A stretch of 61,251 bases of DNA from Rickettsiales bacterium (GCA_044368015.1 JBIPLF010000006.1:1-61251), one strand, 5' to 3'; positions 9,094-17,677 are shown, counted from the first letter of the stretch. A program made the numbers and translations. The notes: generated from the letters alone by a model not told the origin.

Positions 9094-10272
9094 ATGACCT
9101 TAATCAATATCTCCGAGCCTGAAAGACCATTGCTAAACGGATTTGCCCTGTTCCGGCTTGGCTTTCGCCCATTCTTTCTGCTTGGTAGTCTGTGTGGACT
9201 CTTGGTGCTTGGCTATTTCATCCTGCTGATAAGCGGCATGGCGACGGAGCTGCCAAGCAGATGGGATATGGTGGAGTGGCATCGCCATGAAATGCTGTTT
9301 GGTTTTGTGGGTGCAATTGTTGCAGGGTTTTTGCTCACGGCAGTACCCAACTGGACGGGACTGCCCACCGTAAAAGGATCACGTTTGGCAGCCCTCACGG
9401 GGCTTTGGTGCGCCGGACGTGCATGCGTGTTCATGTCAGCGTCGCTGCCTGAAGCGTTAGTTATGGCGGTAGATGCCAGTTTTTTCGTGGGCTGTGCGCT
9501 TGCGATTGCGCCTGCGCTCATTCGTTCAAACAATAAACGCAACTATGGATTCATCGCGTTATTACTACTTTTGGCCTTGGCATCTGGGCTCACGCACGGT
9601 GAATATGCCGATGCAGGCATCCGCCTTGGCCTTGGTGTCGTCACCCTCATGATGACGCTGATAGGTGGGCGGGTGATTCCCTTCTTCACCGAGCGACGGC
9701 TGGGTATTAGCATCACACGCAACCCACGCATCGAAAAGCTCACGATGATTTGTACGGCGCTTGCTGTTCTGTGCAACGCCATTGCACCCGATGCGCCATG
9801 GCTGTATTTGCTTTTCATCGCAGCGGGCGTAGTGAATCTCTGGCGGTTTACTTCCTGGCAAACAGCCAAAACCTTCAGCATTCCGCTGCTATGGGTGCTG
9901 CATGCAGGCTACATCTGGCTGATCTTCAGCTTCTTTGCCAAAGCAGCCGTGCTGATGGGGCTTTCAGTGCCTGCAGCCTTTGCCACCCACAGCCTGACCG
10001 CTGGGGCGATGGGCACTCTCATTCTCGGTATGATTGCGCGTGTATCGCTGGGGCATAGCGGCAGGCCTCTGGAAATCGGAAAAGCCATGCATATCGCATT
10101 TGTGGCGATTAATTTGGCCGCATTGCTTCGCGTGTTTGGCTGGTGCCTGCCGATAGATACGATGACAGGATTTCAGCTTGCGGCCTTGTGCTGGATCACT
10201 GCCTACGGCCTCTTTGTGGTGATGTATACGCCGATTCTTCTTCGCCCAAGACTGGATGGCAAAGATGGATAA
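9094..10272 (+). CDS. nnrS: NnrS family membrane protein (NO stress)
   Basis: GFRPFFL, WHRHEMLFGF, GFLLTAVPNWTG, GGRVIPFFT and RVSLGHSGR motifs. Confidence 0.95.
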   Translation: MTLINISEPERPLLNGFALFRLGFRPFFLLGSLCGLLVLGYFILLISGMATELPSRWDMVEWHRHEMLFGFVGAIVAGFLLTAVPNWTGLPTVKGSRLAALTGLWCAGRACVFMSASLPEALVMAVDASFFVGCALAIAPALIRSNNKRNYGFIALLLLLALASGLTHGEYADAGIRLGLGVVTLMMTLIGGRVIPFFTERRLGISITRNPRIEKLTMICTALAVLCNAIAPDAPWLYLLFIAAGVVNLWRFTSWQTAKTFSIPLLWVLHAGYIWLIFSFFAKAAVLMGLSVPAAFATHSLTAGAMGTLILGMIARVSLGHSGRPLEIGKAMHIAFVAINLAALLRVFGWCLPIDTMTGFQLAALCWITAYGLFVVMYTPILLRPRLDGKDG

Positions 10273-11701
10273 TCAACCACCACTTCTGACGCTGCCCGAA
10301 GATGACATGCGCCGTATGGCGGAGAAGGTATTTGGCCTGATTGTTGATCATTTCGCTGGTCTTAAGGACTTACCCGTCACCACACCATCCACGCTGGAGC
10401 ATATCACCGAGGGCCTGCACGAGCCGATGCCGACGCAGCCAGTGCCTGTCGAGCAGCTTCTTGCGCAGCTTAAAACCCATGTGTTCGACCAGATGACGCA
10501 TCTGGATCATCCGCGTTATTTTGCCTTCGTGCCAGGGCCAAGCAACTTTGTCAGCGCGATGGCGGACGCGATTGCTTCCTCGTTTAACGTCTTCAGCGGG
10601 GCATTTATCGGCCCGTCTGGTGTGGCGCAGATCGAAGTCACTACCATTGAGTGGCTGCGTGAGCTATTCCGCTTTCCGCAAGATGCAGGCGGGTTATTTG
10701 TCAGCGGCGGCTCGATGGCGAATATGACAGGGCTAGCGGTGGCACGGCATGTGATGTTGGCAGGCAATACCACCAACGCCACGGTGTATTTCTCGGATCA
10801 AACCCATTCATCCGTAGCCAAAGGTCTCAAGATTCTTGGTTTTCAGCAGTTCCAGCTGCGCAAGATTGCTTCCGACGCGACCTTTCGCCTTTCAGCGGAT
10901 GCATTGCGCCAGCAGATCGCGACGGATCGGCTGCAAGGGCTGGTGCCATTTTGCGTGGTGGCCAATGCAGGAACCACAAATGCTGGTGCGGCTGATCCTA
11001 TCAAGGAACTCTCGGCATTTTGCAAAGCCGAAGGCTTATGGCTGCATGTGGACGGTGCCTATGGCGGTAGCGCAGCCATTACCGAGCGTGGACGCAAAGT
11101 GCTCGAAGGTATAGAGCTGGCAGACTCGCTGGGCATCGACCCGCATAAATGGATGTTCCAGCCTTATGAGATCGGCTGCGTGTTGGTGCGTAACCGCGAG
11201 CATCTGAAAAACACCTTCCGCTTCTCGGCGGAATATCTGAAGCTCAATGAGCAATGCGCCGAGCAGATCAATTTCTGTGATTACGGTGTACAGCTGACAC
11301 GCGGATTCCGTGCGCTGAAGCTCTGGTTATCGCTCAAAGCCTTTGGCGTGGAGGCGTTCCGGGCAGCCATCACCAAGGGCATAGAGAACGCCGAAGTTGT
11401 CGAATCGCTACTACGCAACGATAGCTGCTGGGAGATCATCACGCCCGCACAGCTGGGAATCATCGCTTTCCGTTACCGCGCAGATGGGTTGGATGAACCG
11501 TCGCTGAACGAACTGAATAATCGTATCGCGCAAGACATCATCTATTCCGGCTATGCGATGCTCAGCCCGACCATCCTCGGCGGCAAACATGTGCTGCGCA
11601 TGTGCACGATCAACCCCCGCACCACCTATGACGACTTGAAGCAAACGGTCGGGATGCTGAAATCCTTCGGCGAGCATATCGAAGTCAAACCAGTATCTTA
11701 G
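10265..11701 (+). CDS. Group II PLP-dependent amino-acid decarboxylase (aromatic-L-amino-acid/DABA decarboxylase-like)
   Basis: HPRYFAFV, GLFVSGGSMAN, WLHVDGAYGG and DPHKW (PLP Lys); overlaps nnrS stop (alternative ATG 10256). Confidence 0.9.
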   Translation: MDNQPPLLTLPEDDMRRMAEKVFGLIVDHFAGLKDLPVTTPSTLEHITEGLHEPMPTQPVPVEQLLAQLKTHVFDQMTHLDHPRYFAFVPGPSNFVSAMADAIASSFNVFSGAFIGPSGVAQIEVTTIEWLRELFRFPQDAGGLFVSGGSMANMTGLAVARHVMLAGNTTNATVYFSDQTHSSVAKGLKILGFQQFQLRKIASDATFRLSADALRQQIATDRLQGLVPFCVVANAGTTNAGAADPIKELSAFCKAEGLWLHVDGAYGGSAAITERGRKVLEGIELADSLGIDPHKWMFQPYEIGCVLVRNREHLKNTFRFSAEYLKLNEQCAEQINFCDYGVQLTRGFRALKLWLSLKAFGVEAFRAAITKGIENAEVVESLLRNDSCWEIITPAQLGIIAFRYRADGLDEPSLNELNNRIAQDIIYSGYAMLSPTILGGKHVLRMCTINPRTTYDDLKQTVGMLKSFGEHIEVKPVS

Positions 11702-11738
11702 AGGAAATGTCACACCGTTTATCCCTTTTTTAGAGAAC

Positions 11739-11752
11739 TTGATCTGGGTCAA
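11739..11752. promoter_or_regulatory. FNR-type box upstream of nrdD
   Basis: TTGAT-CTGG-GTCAA (1 mismatch). Confidence 0.75.
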
Positions 11753-11765
11753 ATGCACCCATTAG

Positions 11766-11812
11766 ACACAAGATGTAGTATCAACTCCGCCTAAAGCACC
11801 AACATATAGTCA
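11766..11812. promoter_or_regulatory. Tandem NrdR boxes
   Basis: ACACAAGATGTAGTAT (11766) and CACCAACATATAGTCA (11797), 31 bp apart, matching acaCwAtATaTwGtg. Confidence 0.75.
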
Positions 11813-11828
11813 AAACAAGGGGGATTCT

Positions 11829-14063
11829 ATGCAACTAACCGAAACTGCCACACCAACGCCCACCACCACCCAATTGCCGCGCACGCTGCAGCCCGCCGCT
11901 CAGAAGCCGAATGTATTTTCACTCTCGGTGCATGCGAGCCTGAAGGAGGCGTTTGTGGCCTCGGGCGAAGGCAGTTTCGATGCGTTCATGTCGTTACTTT
12001 CTACCTCGAAAGAAGCGCTGGCTGACAGCGCGATGGAAAGCGTGATCGAGGACGAGTTGGCAGCAGCAGGTTACGTTAAAACCCTTAAGTCATTCATCCT
12101 GAACCGCAACCGTGCCACCGCACAGGACACGCTGGTGAGCTGCAAACAGGCGGTTGAGGAATATATTTTGCAGCAGGATTGGCGGGTCAATGCCAATGCG
12201 AACACCGCTTACAGCAATGCGGGGCTAATCAATAACTCGGCAGGCAAGATTATCGCCAATTACTGGCTCGATAATGTCTATTCGCCCGAAGAAGGTCAGG
12301 CACATCGCCGCGCGGATTACCATATCCATGATCTTGACTGCCTTACGGGATACTGTGCGGGCTGGAGCCTGCGCGCGCTGCTCGATGAAGGCTTCAACGG
12401 TGTTGCTGGGAAAGTGTCGAGCCGTCCGCCGCGCCATTTCCGCGAGGCGTTGGGGCAAATGGCGAATTTCCTCGGTATTCTCCAATCCGAATGGGCGGGT
12501 GCACAGGCCTTCAGCTCGTTCGATACTTACCTTGCGCCCTATGTTTTCAAAGACAGGCTACCTTTCATCGAAATCAAAAAGGCCATCCGCCAGTTCGTCT
12601 ATAACTTGAATGTTCCGGCGCGTTGGGGGCAAAGCCCGTTCACCAACATCACGCTCGACATCACCGTGCCGCCAGATCTTCGTGATAATTTCCCAACCGC
12701 GAACTGCACCCATCTGTTCCGCGATATTGATGATCCTGAAATTATGGCGGAAGCAGCTAAACGTGGAGTCACCAACCTCGAAGACATGACCTACAAACAT
12801 TTCCAGCCGGAGATGGAGCAAATCGTCATCGCGTACTACGAGGTGATGACCGAGGGTGACTCGCACGGCCAGCCCTTTACCTTCCCGATTCCGACCGTCA
12901 ATGTGATGGAGGATTTCGATTGGGAAAGCCCTGTGGCCAAGGCACTGTTCGAGAACACCGCTAAAATCGGCAGCTCCTATTTCCAGAACTTCATCGGCAG
13001 CCAGTATATGCTGAACGATAAGGGGGAGAAAGTGCAGAACCCCGATGCCTATGCGCCGCACGCGGTGCGCAGTATGTGCTGTCGCTTGCAGCTTGATTTG
13101 CGTGAGCTGATGAAACGTGGCAACGGCCTGTTCGGTTCGGCAGAGATGACGGGGTCGATAGGCGTGGTGACGCTCAACATGGCGCGGCTTGGCCACCGTT
13201 ACAAAGGCGATATGCTTGGGCTGATTCAGGAAACCGAACGGCTGATGACCCTCGCTAAATCCACGCTGGAGAAAAAGCGCGTGTTCATTCAGGAAATGTA
13301 TGATCGCGGCCTGTTCCCCTATACGCGCCGCTACCTGCCGCATCTTCGCAACCATTTCAGCACGATTGGTGTGAATGGCATGAACGAGATGGTGCGTAAC
13401 TTCACCGGCGATACCTACGACATCACCGATCCGCGCGGCATGAAAATGTGCGAGGAAATTCTGGATTATATGCGCGTTGAGCTAAAGAAGTTTCAGGAAG
13501 AAACAGGGCATCTCTACAATCTCGAAGCGACACCCGCCGAAGGCACCACCTACCGCTTTGCCAAAGAAGACCGCAAGGCGTATGGCAATGCCATCATCCA
13601 GGCGGGCTGCGAGGAGAATATCTACTACACCAACTCTACGCAGATTCCCGTGGGCTATACCGAAGACCCATTCGAGGCACTGAATCTGCAGGATAAGCTG
13701 CAATGCAAATATACAGGCGGCACGGTGCTACACCTGTATATGAGCGAACAGATTTCCTCTGGTGAGGCCTGCAAACGGTTGGTGCGGAAGGTGATTGAGA
13801 ATTATCGCTTGCCTTACATCACCATCACGCCCGTGTTCTCGGTGTGTGAAACCCACGGCTATCTCACGGGTGAGCAATCCCATTGCCCGGATTGCGGCAA
13901 AGAGACGCTCGTATGGACGCGGGTGATGGGCTATCACCGCCCGGTGGCCAGCTTCAATCTCGGCAAGAAAGGTGAGCATAAGGAGCGCAAGCATTTCAAA
14001 GAAAATGCGTCGCCACACCTGCCGCTCTTTACCACGGAGAGCGCGTGTTGCAGCGGGCATTAA
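11829..14063 (+). CDS. nrdD: Anaerobic (class III) ribonucleoside-triphosphate reductase
   Basis: YHIHDL, SMCCRL finger loop, LEATPAEG, YTGGTVLH, Zn site CETH..CPDC, glycyl radical motif RVMGY. Confidence 0.97.
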   Translation: MQLTETATPTPTTTQLPRTLQPAAQKPNVFSLSVHASLKEAFVASGEGSFDAFMSLLSTSKEALADSAMESVIEDELAAAGYVKTLKSFILNRNRATAQDTLVSCKQAVEEYILQQDWRVNANANTAYSNAGLINNSAGKIIANYWLDNVYSPEEGQAHRRADYHIHDLDCLTGYCAGWSLRALLDEGFNGVAGKVSSRPPRHFREALGQMANFLGILQSEWAGAQAFSSFDTYLAPYVFKDRLPFIEIKKAIRQFVYNLNVPARWGQSPFTNITLDITVPPDLRDNFPTANCTHLFRDIDDPEIMAEAAKRGVTNLEDMTYKHFQPEMEQIVIAYYEVMTEGDSHGQPFTFPIPTVNVMEDFDWESPVAKALFENTAKIGSSYFQNFIGSQYMLNDKGEKVQNPDAYAPHAVRSMCCRLQLDLRELMKRGNGLFGSAEMTGSIGVVTLNMARLGHRYKGDMLGLIQETERLMTLAKSTLEKKRVFIQEMYDRGLFPYTRRYLPHLRNHFSTIGVNGMNEMVRNFTGDTYDITDPRGMKMCEEILDYMRVELKKFQEETGHLYNLEATPAEGTTYRFAKEDRKAYGNAIIQAGCEENIYYTNSTQIPVGYTEDPFEALNLQDKLQCKYTGGTVLHLYMSEQISSGEACKRLVRKVIENYRLPYITITPVFSVCETHGYLTGEQSHCPDCGKETLVWTRVMGYHRPVASFNLGKKGEHKERKHFKENASPHLPLFTTESACCSGH

Positions 14064-14764
14064 ACAAGCTCCCCATCACGAGCATCACTCCCTTCACCTT
14101 TCAGGATTACCCTGAGCATACCGCCTGTATTTTGTGGTTCTCTGGGTGCAATATGGCATGCAGCTACTGTCATAATCCTGAACTGGTGAAGGGAGAGCTT
14201 GCCAAATTGCCTCCGCAGCAGGTGATCGAATTTCTTGAATCACGTAAAGGCCTGCTCGAAGGCGTGGTGCTATCGGGCGGTGAGTGCATGATGAGCGCGC
14301 AGCTTCCAGAATTCGCCCGATACCTGAAAATGCTCGGCTTCAAGGTGAAGGTGGATACTAACGGCACCAACCCCGATATGCTGGAAAAAATGCTCGGCGA
14401 GAACATGATTGACTATGTGGCGCTCGATTACAAAGCACCGCCCGATCTGTTCCAGAGCATCACAGGGTTTGATGGCTATGCGCTGTTCGAGCGATCCCTT
14501 AATCTGCTTATCGCGTCCGGCATTTCGCTTGAAATTCGCACCACCGTCCACGCTGACCTGCTGGATGAAGAAGACATCAATTCCATATTGAAACATCTGG
14601 AAAATCTTGAATTCAGTGGCACCTATTACGTGCAGAATTTCCGTGCTGGAAAAACGTTGGGCAATTTGGATGAGCCGTTTAATCGCTTCGATGTCAGCCG
14701 CTTGAACAAGCACACTATCCGATGTGAAACACGAGGATTTGGAAGGGCAGTGACAAACCAATAA
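14045..14764 (+). CDS. nrdG: Anaerobic RNR activating radical-SAM protein
   Basis: CNMACSYCHNP, GVVLSGGE, KVDTNG; overlaps nrdD end. Confidence 0.93.
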   Translation: MLQRALNKLPITSITPFTFQDYPEHTACILWFSGCNMACSYCHNPELVKGELAKLPPQQVIEFLESRKGLLEGVVLSGGECMMSAQLPEFARYLKMLGFKVKVDTNGTNPDMLEKMLGENMIDYVALDYKAPPDLFQSITGFDGYALFERSLNLLIASGISLEIRTTVHADLLDEEDINSILKHLENLEFSGTYYVQNFRAGKTLGNLDEPFNRFDVSRLNKHTIRCETRGFGRAVTNQ

Positions 14765-14865
14765 GTTGCACAAACCTTATCCATATCAATTATGGGTTGT
14801 CGGCTCGTGAATATGGTTATCTCCCCGCTTGGGGAATTTCATCAACCATATCACAGGAGTAGACC

Positions 14866-15153
14866 ATGGAAAATCCTTATTTAAAATTCGCCGATCATTT
14901 TTATAGCCTCAGCCCCTATGACCTTCAGCATTTGAGCGAATGCGTGCTTTGCAAGATAGAGCAGGTCTTTGAAGACAAGCTCTGCAGCAAATGTACCCAT
15001 ATCGAGCTGACCGAGAAGGATATCAAATTCGCCATCACCGAAGCGATGAAAGATATCGTCCTCGATCTGCGAAAGCAGGAGCTTGAAATCAAGAGAATCC
15101 AGCTTCAGCAGGCCGAAGCCTTACTGCATGTCGACAGACGAATTGTTGGCTGA
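14866..15153 (+). CDS. Hypothetical protein (95 aa)
   Basis: AGGAG RBS, ATG start; no recognised family. Confidence 0.6.
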   Translation: MENPYLKFADHFYSLSPYDLQHLSECVLCKIEQVFEDKLCSKCTHIELTEKDIKFAITEAMKDIVLDLRKQELEIKRIQLQQAEALLHVDRRIVG

Positions 15154-15158
15154 TTGCT

Positions 15159-15187
15159 TTGACATTGATTGCTCAACATTTTATCGT
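15159..15187 (+). promoter_or_regulatory. Sigma70 promoter driving the C4-like RNA
   Basis: TTGACA-17 bp-TATCGT. Confidence 0.7.
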
Positions 15188-15193
15188 ATCACC

Positions 15194-15358
15194 CGAGGGG
15201 GCTGTAATCCCCTAAATACTGCGATTAAGTTTTTAAAGTAGGCTCGTATCACAAAGCCCTGCTTCCGCACGCTCATGCGTCGGGAGTAGGCTCAATACAA
15301 TACCCGAAAGGGGAATAGGCCTGCGCTCGTATTTAGGCGATTACAACTCCCGGCACCA
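15194..15358 (+). ncRNA. C4/CI antisense-RNA-like element (phage P1/P4 immunity type)
   Basis: GTCGGGAG(15279)...CTCCCGGC-ACCA(15358) tRNA-like closing stem; CCC-GAAA-GGG hairpin flanked by AATACAATA/GAATA; 15329-15350 is complementary (19/22) to upstream 15198-15219. Confidence 0.65.
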
Positions 15359-15392
15359 TGCCGAGGTGTGGTAACTTAAAGATGATATCTGA

Positions 15393-15428
15393 ATCCGCGT
15401 AGCAGCAATGCTCGCGGATTTTTATTTT
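15393..15428 (+). terminator. Rho-independent terminator
   Basis: ATCCGCG(T)AGCA-GCAA-TGCTCGCGGAT followed by TTTTATTTT. Confidence 0.75.
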
Positions 15429-15447
15429 GACAATTTTCTGAGGGAAA

Positions 15448-15523
15448 TGGTGCCGCTTAGGTGACTCGAACACCTGACCCCATCATTACGAATGATGTGC
15501 TCTACCAACTGAGCTAAAGCGGC
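15448..15523 (-). tRNA. tRNA-Thr(CGT), complete, CCA encoded
   Basis: GCCGCTTTAGCTCAGTTGGTAGAGCACATCATTCGTAATGATGGGGTCAGGTGTTCGAGTCACCTAAGCGGCACCA; putative promoter TTGCAA-17-TAAATC at 15533-15561. Confidence 0.97.
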
Positions 15524-15665
15524 CCATGAGGAGATTTACAAATACTCACAAGCACTTGCAAACCTTTTGCTGACATGGCGCTGATACAAGAGATGCATCA
15601 GCGATATGATTACTTCCTAACTCTTTGTCCTTCCAAACTTACTTCCCGCTCACGCCGCTGTCGCT

Positions 15666-15710
15666 CCCCGCATTACGAATGCGGTGCTCTACCAACTGAG
15701 CTAAGACGGC
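15666..15710 (-). pseudogene. 5' half of a second, different tRNA-Thr(CGT) gene (probable island junction)
   Basis: GCCGTCTTAGCTCAGTTGGTAGAGCACCGCATTCGTAATGCGGGG, then non-tRNA sequence; upstream TTGAAA-17-TAAAGA. Confidence 0.9.
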
Positions 15711-15783
15711 ATCAGAAAAAACACTTGCAGGAGCCGGTCTTTACCCGGAATCGACGCCGGTTTCAAGCGAAAGGGTGAGGCGG

Positions 15784-16539
15784 CTACCGCGAAACCGGTT
15801 TCTGCGACTGCACCCCGAAATACAAATAGGCGCAGATGACCATCAGCACGGTGGTTTCGGGCGAGGCCATGAAGGGCCGCAGCCAGCTATCCACCAGAAG
15901 GGCGGGGGTAATGACCACGGCGCTCAGCCGGACTGCCTGCCCGAAGGAGGCCGGGCGTTTAGCTACAAACAACACCCACATGGCAAACAGCGCGGTGATG
16001 ATGAGGTGCGAAAGGGCGCTGCCCATCCCCATCACCAGCAGGGTGGGTAGCAGCCCCAGCAGCAGGTAGTAGGGCGCACGCTCAAACAGGCGAGCGACCT
16101 TCTCTGCCGTGATGGTGAAGGATTCAAACCGGGCAAGCGGCAAGGATTCCACAACCGTTCCCTGATAGCGCAGGCTGAGCGTATGGGAGGTAAGCACCAG
16201 CCCACTGGTGAAATCGGCGGGTATTTTGGCTTTCCTGGCGGTATCCACCAGCAATATCGGTTCGCCTTTAGAGGTGGCCACCCGGACAGCCCCCTCCTGC
16301 ACGGCCTTTGCCACCCCCTGATCCACGGTAATGGTGGGGATTTGCGAGGCGATAAACGGCCCTTCATCCCGTGCAAACGCGGCCATTTGAGCATGCACCA
16401 CCGCGTAGAAAGGCACCACTGCGACCACCACCGCCACACACAGATAGCCAAACCATCCGCCGGGGATGGCTTTCCCCGCGTCACGGTAAAGCGACGGATC
16501 GTACAGGCTACGAAACACAGCGGCGAAAAGACGGAACAT
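15784..16539 (-). CDS. Membrane protein, DUF1189-like
   Basis: N-terminal RSLY.P..Y, TM-IP.I.V..G soluble domain-three TM layout. Confidence 0.6.
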   Translation of the reverse strand: MFRLFAAVFRSLYDPSLYRDAGKAIPGGWFGYLCVAVVVAVVPFYAVVHAQMAAFARDEGPFIASQIPTITVDQGVAKAVQEGAVRVATSKGEPILLVDTARKAKIPADFTSGLVLTSHTLSLRYQGTVVESLPLARFESFTITAEKVARLFERAPYYLLLGLLPTLLVMGMGSALSHLIITALFAMWVLFVAKRPASFGQAVRLSAVVITPALLVDSWLRPFMASPETTVLMVICAYLYFGVQSQKPVSR

Positions 16540-16561
16540 GGGGCAATCTATAACCGGAACG

Positions 16562-16798
16562 CTAGCGTTCGTCGCCATGTTTTTGCGTGCGGTATTGGCG
16601 ATAGAGGGAGAACAGTAAGCGGAGCGCTCCCCCTCCGCACAACACCAGCACACAGAGTCCGATGCCGATTCCCTGCCCAGTATCTCCAGAACCGCTCAGG
16701 GCGTCGAATATCAGAACCGCGCCGATGAAGGCTCCTGCCAGCAGCCACAGGGTCAGCAACAGTTTGGCGGCAAACACACCCCACTGGAGCGCATGCAT
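16562..16798 (-). CDS. Small two-TM hypothetical protein
   Basis: 78 aa hydrophobic ORF starting 6 bp after the folD stop. Confidence 0.55.
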   Translation of the reverse strand: MHALQWGVFAAKLLLTLWLLAGAFIGAVLIFDALSGSGDTGQGIGIGLCVLVLCGGGALRLLFSLYRQYRTQKHGDER

Positions 16799-16804
16799 AT
16801 CGGC

Positions 16805-17677
16805 TTACCCAACGCCCAACTGCCGACGGCAGGCGATCAGCGTGTTTTCCAGCAGGCAGGCGATGGTCATCGGCCCTACCCCGCCGGGCACGGGAGTAAT
16901 CGCCGATGCACGCGTGAGGCTGCTGGCAAAATCCACATCTCCCACCAGCATATCCTTGCCGCCCTCCTGAATGCGGTTGATGCCCACATCCAGCACGATC
17001 GCGCCCTCTTTCAGCCACGCGCCCTGCACAAAGAGCGGCTTGCCGATTGCCGCCACCACAATATCGGCCTCTGCCACCAGAGCGGGGAGGTTCTGCGTGC
17101 GGGAATGGGCCACCGTCACCGTGCAATCGGCATTGAGTAATAGCGCCGCCATCGGTTTACCCACAATCGCCGAACGGCCAATCACAAGCGCCCGCTTGCC
17201 GGAGAGATCTGGGCATACACTGCGCAGCAGCAGCATGGAACCTCTGGGGGTGCAGGGAATCAGCGCTTCCGGTTCGCCGGTGAGCCAGCGTCCGCGATTG
17301 ACGGGATGAAAGCCATCCACATCTTTCTCCGGCAGAATGGCTTCCACCACCTGTTTTTCGTCCAATCCTTTGGGCAGCGGCAACTGCACCAATATGCCAT
17401 GTACGGATGGGTCGGCATTCAGCGCGGCCACGGTTTCCATGAGGACGGCCTGCGAGGTATCAGCCGGGAGCCGGTGCTCGATGGAGTGAATCCCCGCCTC
17501 GCTCGCCGCTTTCACCTTGTTGCGCACATAGACCTGACTGGCAGGGTCATCGCCCACCAGCACCACGGCAAGGCCGGGGGTGATGCCATGCGCGGCGCGG
17601 AGCTGCGCCGTGTGAGTGGCAATGTCAGCGCGCAATGCAGCGGCAATCGCCTTGCCGTCGATGATGTGGGTGGTCAT
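16805..17677 (-). CDS. folD: Methylene-THF dehydrogenase/cyclohydrolase
   Basis: [20 protein letters not shown] and [12 protein letters not shown]. Confidence 0.98.
   Translation of the reverse strand: MTTHIIDGKAIAAALRADIATHTAQLRAAHGITPGLAVVLVGDDPASQVYVRNKVKAASEAGIHSIEHRLPADTSQAVLMETVAALNADPSVHGILVQLPLPKGLDEKQVVEAILPEKDVDGFHPVNRGRWLTGEPEALIPCTPRGSMLLLRSVCPDLSGKRALVIGRSAIVGKPMAALLLNADCTVTVAHSRTQNLPALVAEADIVVAAIGKPLFVQGAWLKEGAIVLDVGINRIQEGGKDMLVGDVDFASSLTRASAITPVPGGVGPMTIACLLENTLIACRRQLGVG

Larger units (their letters stand above)
1..15665. mobile_element. Right arm of a putative genomic island at tRNA-Thr(CGT)
   Basis: Broken tRNA junction, phage-type C4 element, accessory anaerobic cargo, and visibly more AT-rich codon usage than the backbone; integrase and left end not in window. 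Confidence 0.65.

Noticed and set aside
14776-14789. Fourth FNR box CTTAT-CCAT-ATCAA
   Set aside because: Two mismatches in one half-site; too weak to call
15197-15358. tmRNA or tRNA (GGGGGC start, ACCA end)
   Set aside because: No GGAT(T)CGAC motif, T-arm or tag frame; a C4-like architecture fits better
15524-15710. Intron-split tRNA
   Set aside because: The break is outside the anticodon loop, there is no group I/II core, and the downstream tRNA is complete with stems that do not match the half
15575-15778. 67-aa ORF
   Set aside because: Spans the antisense tRNA fragment and island junction; no RBS
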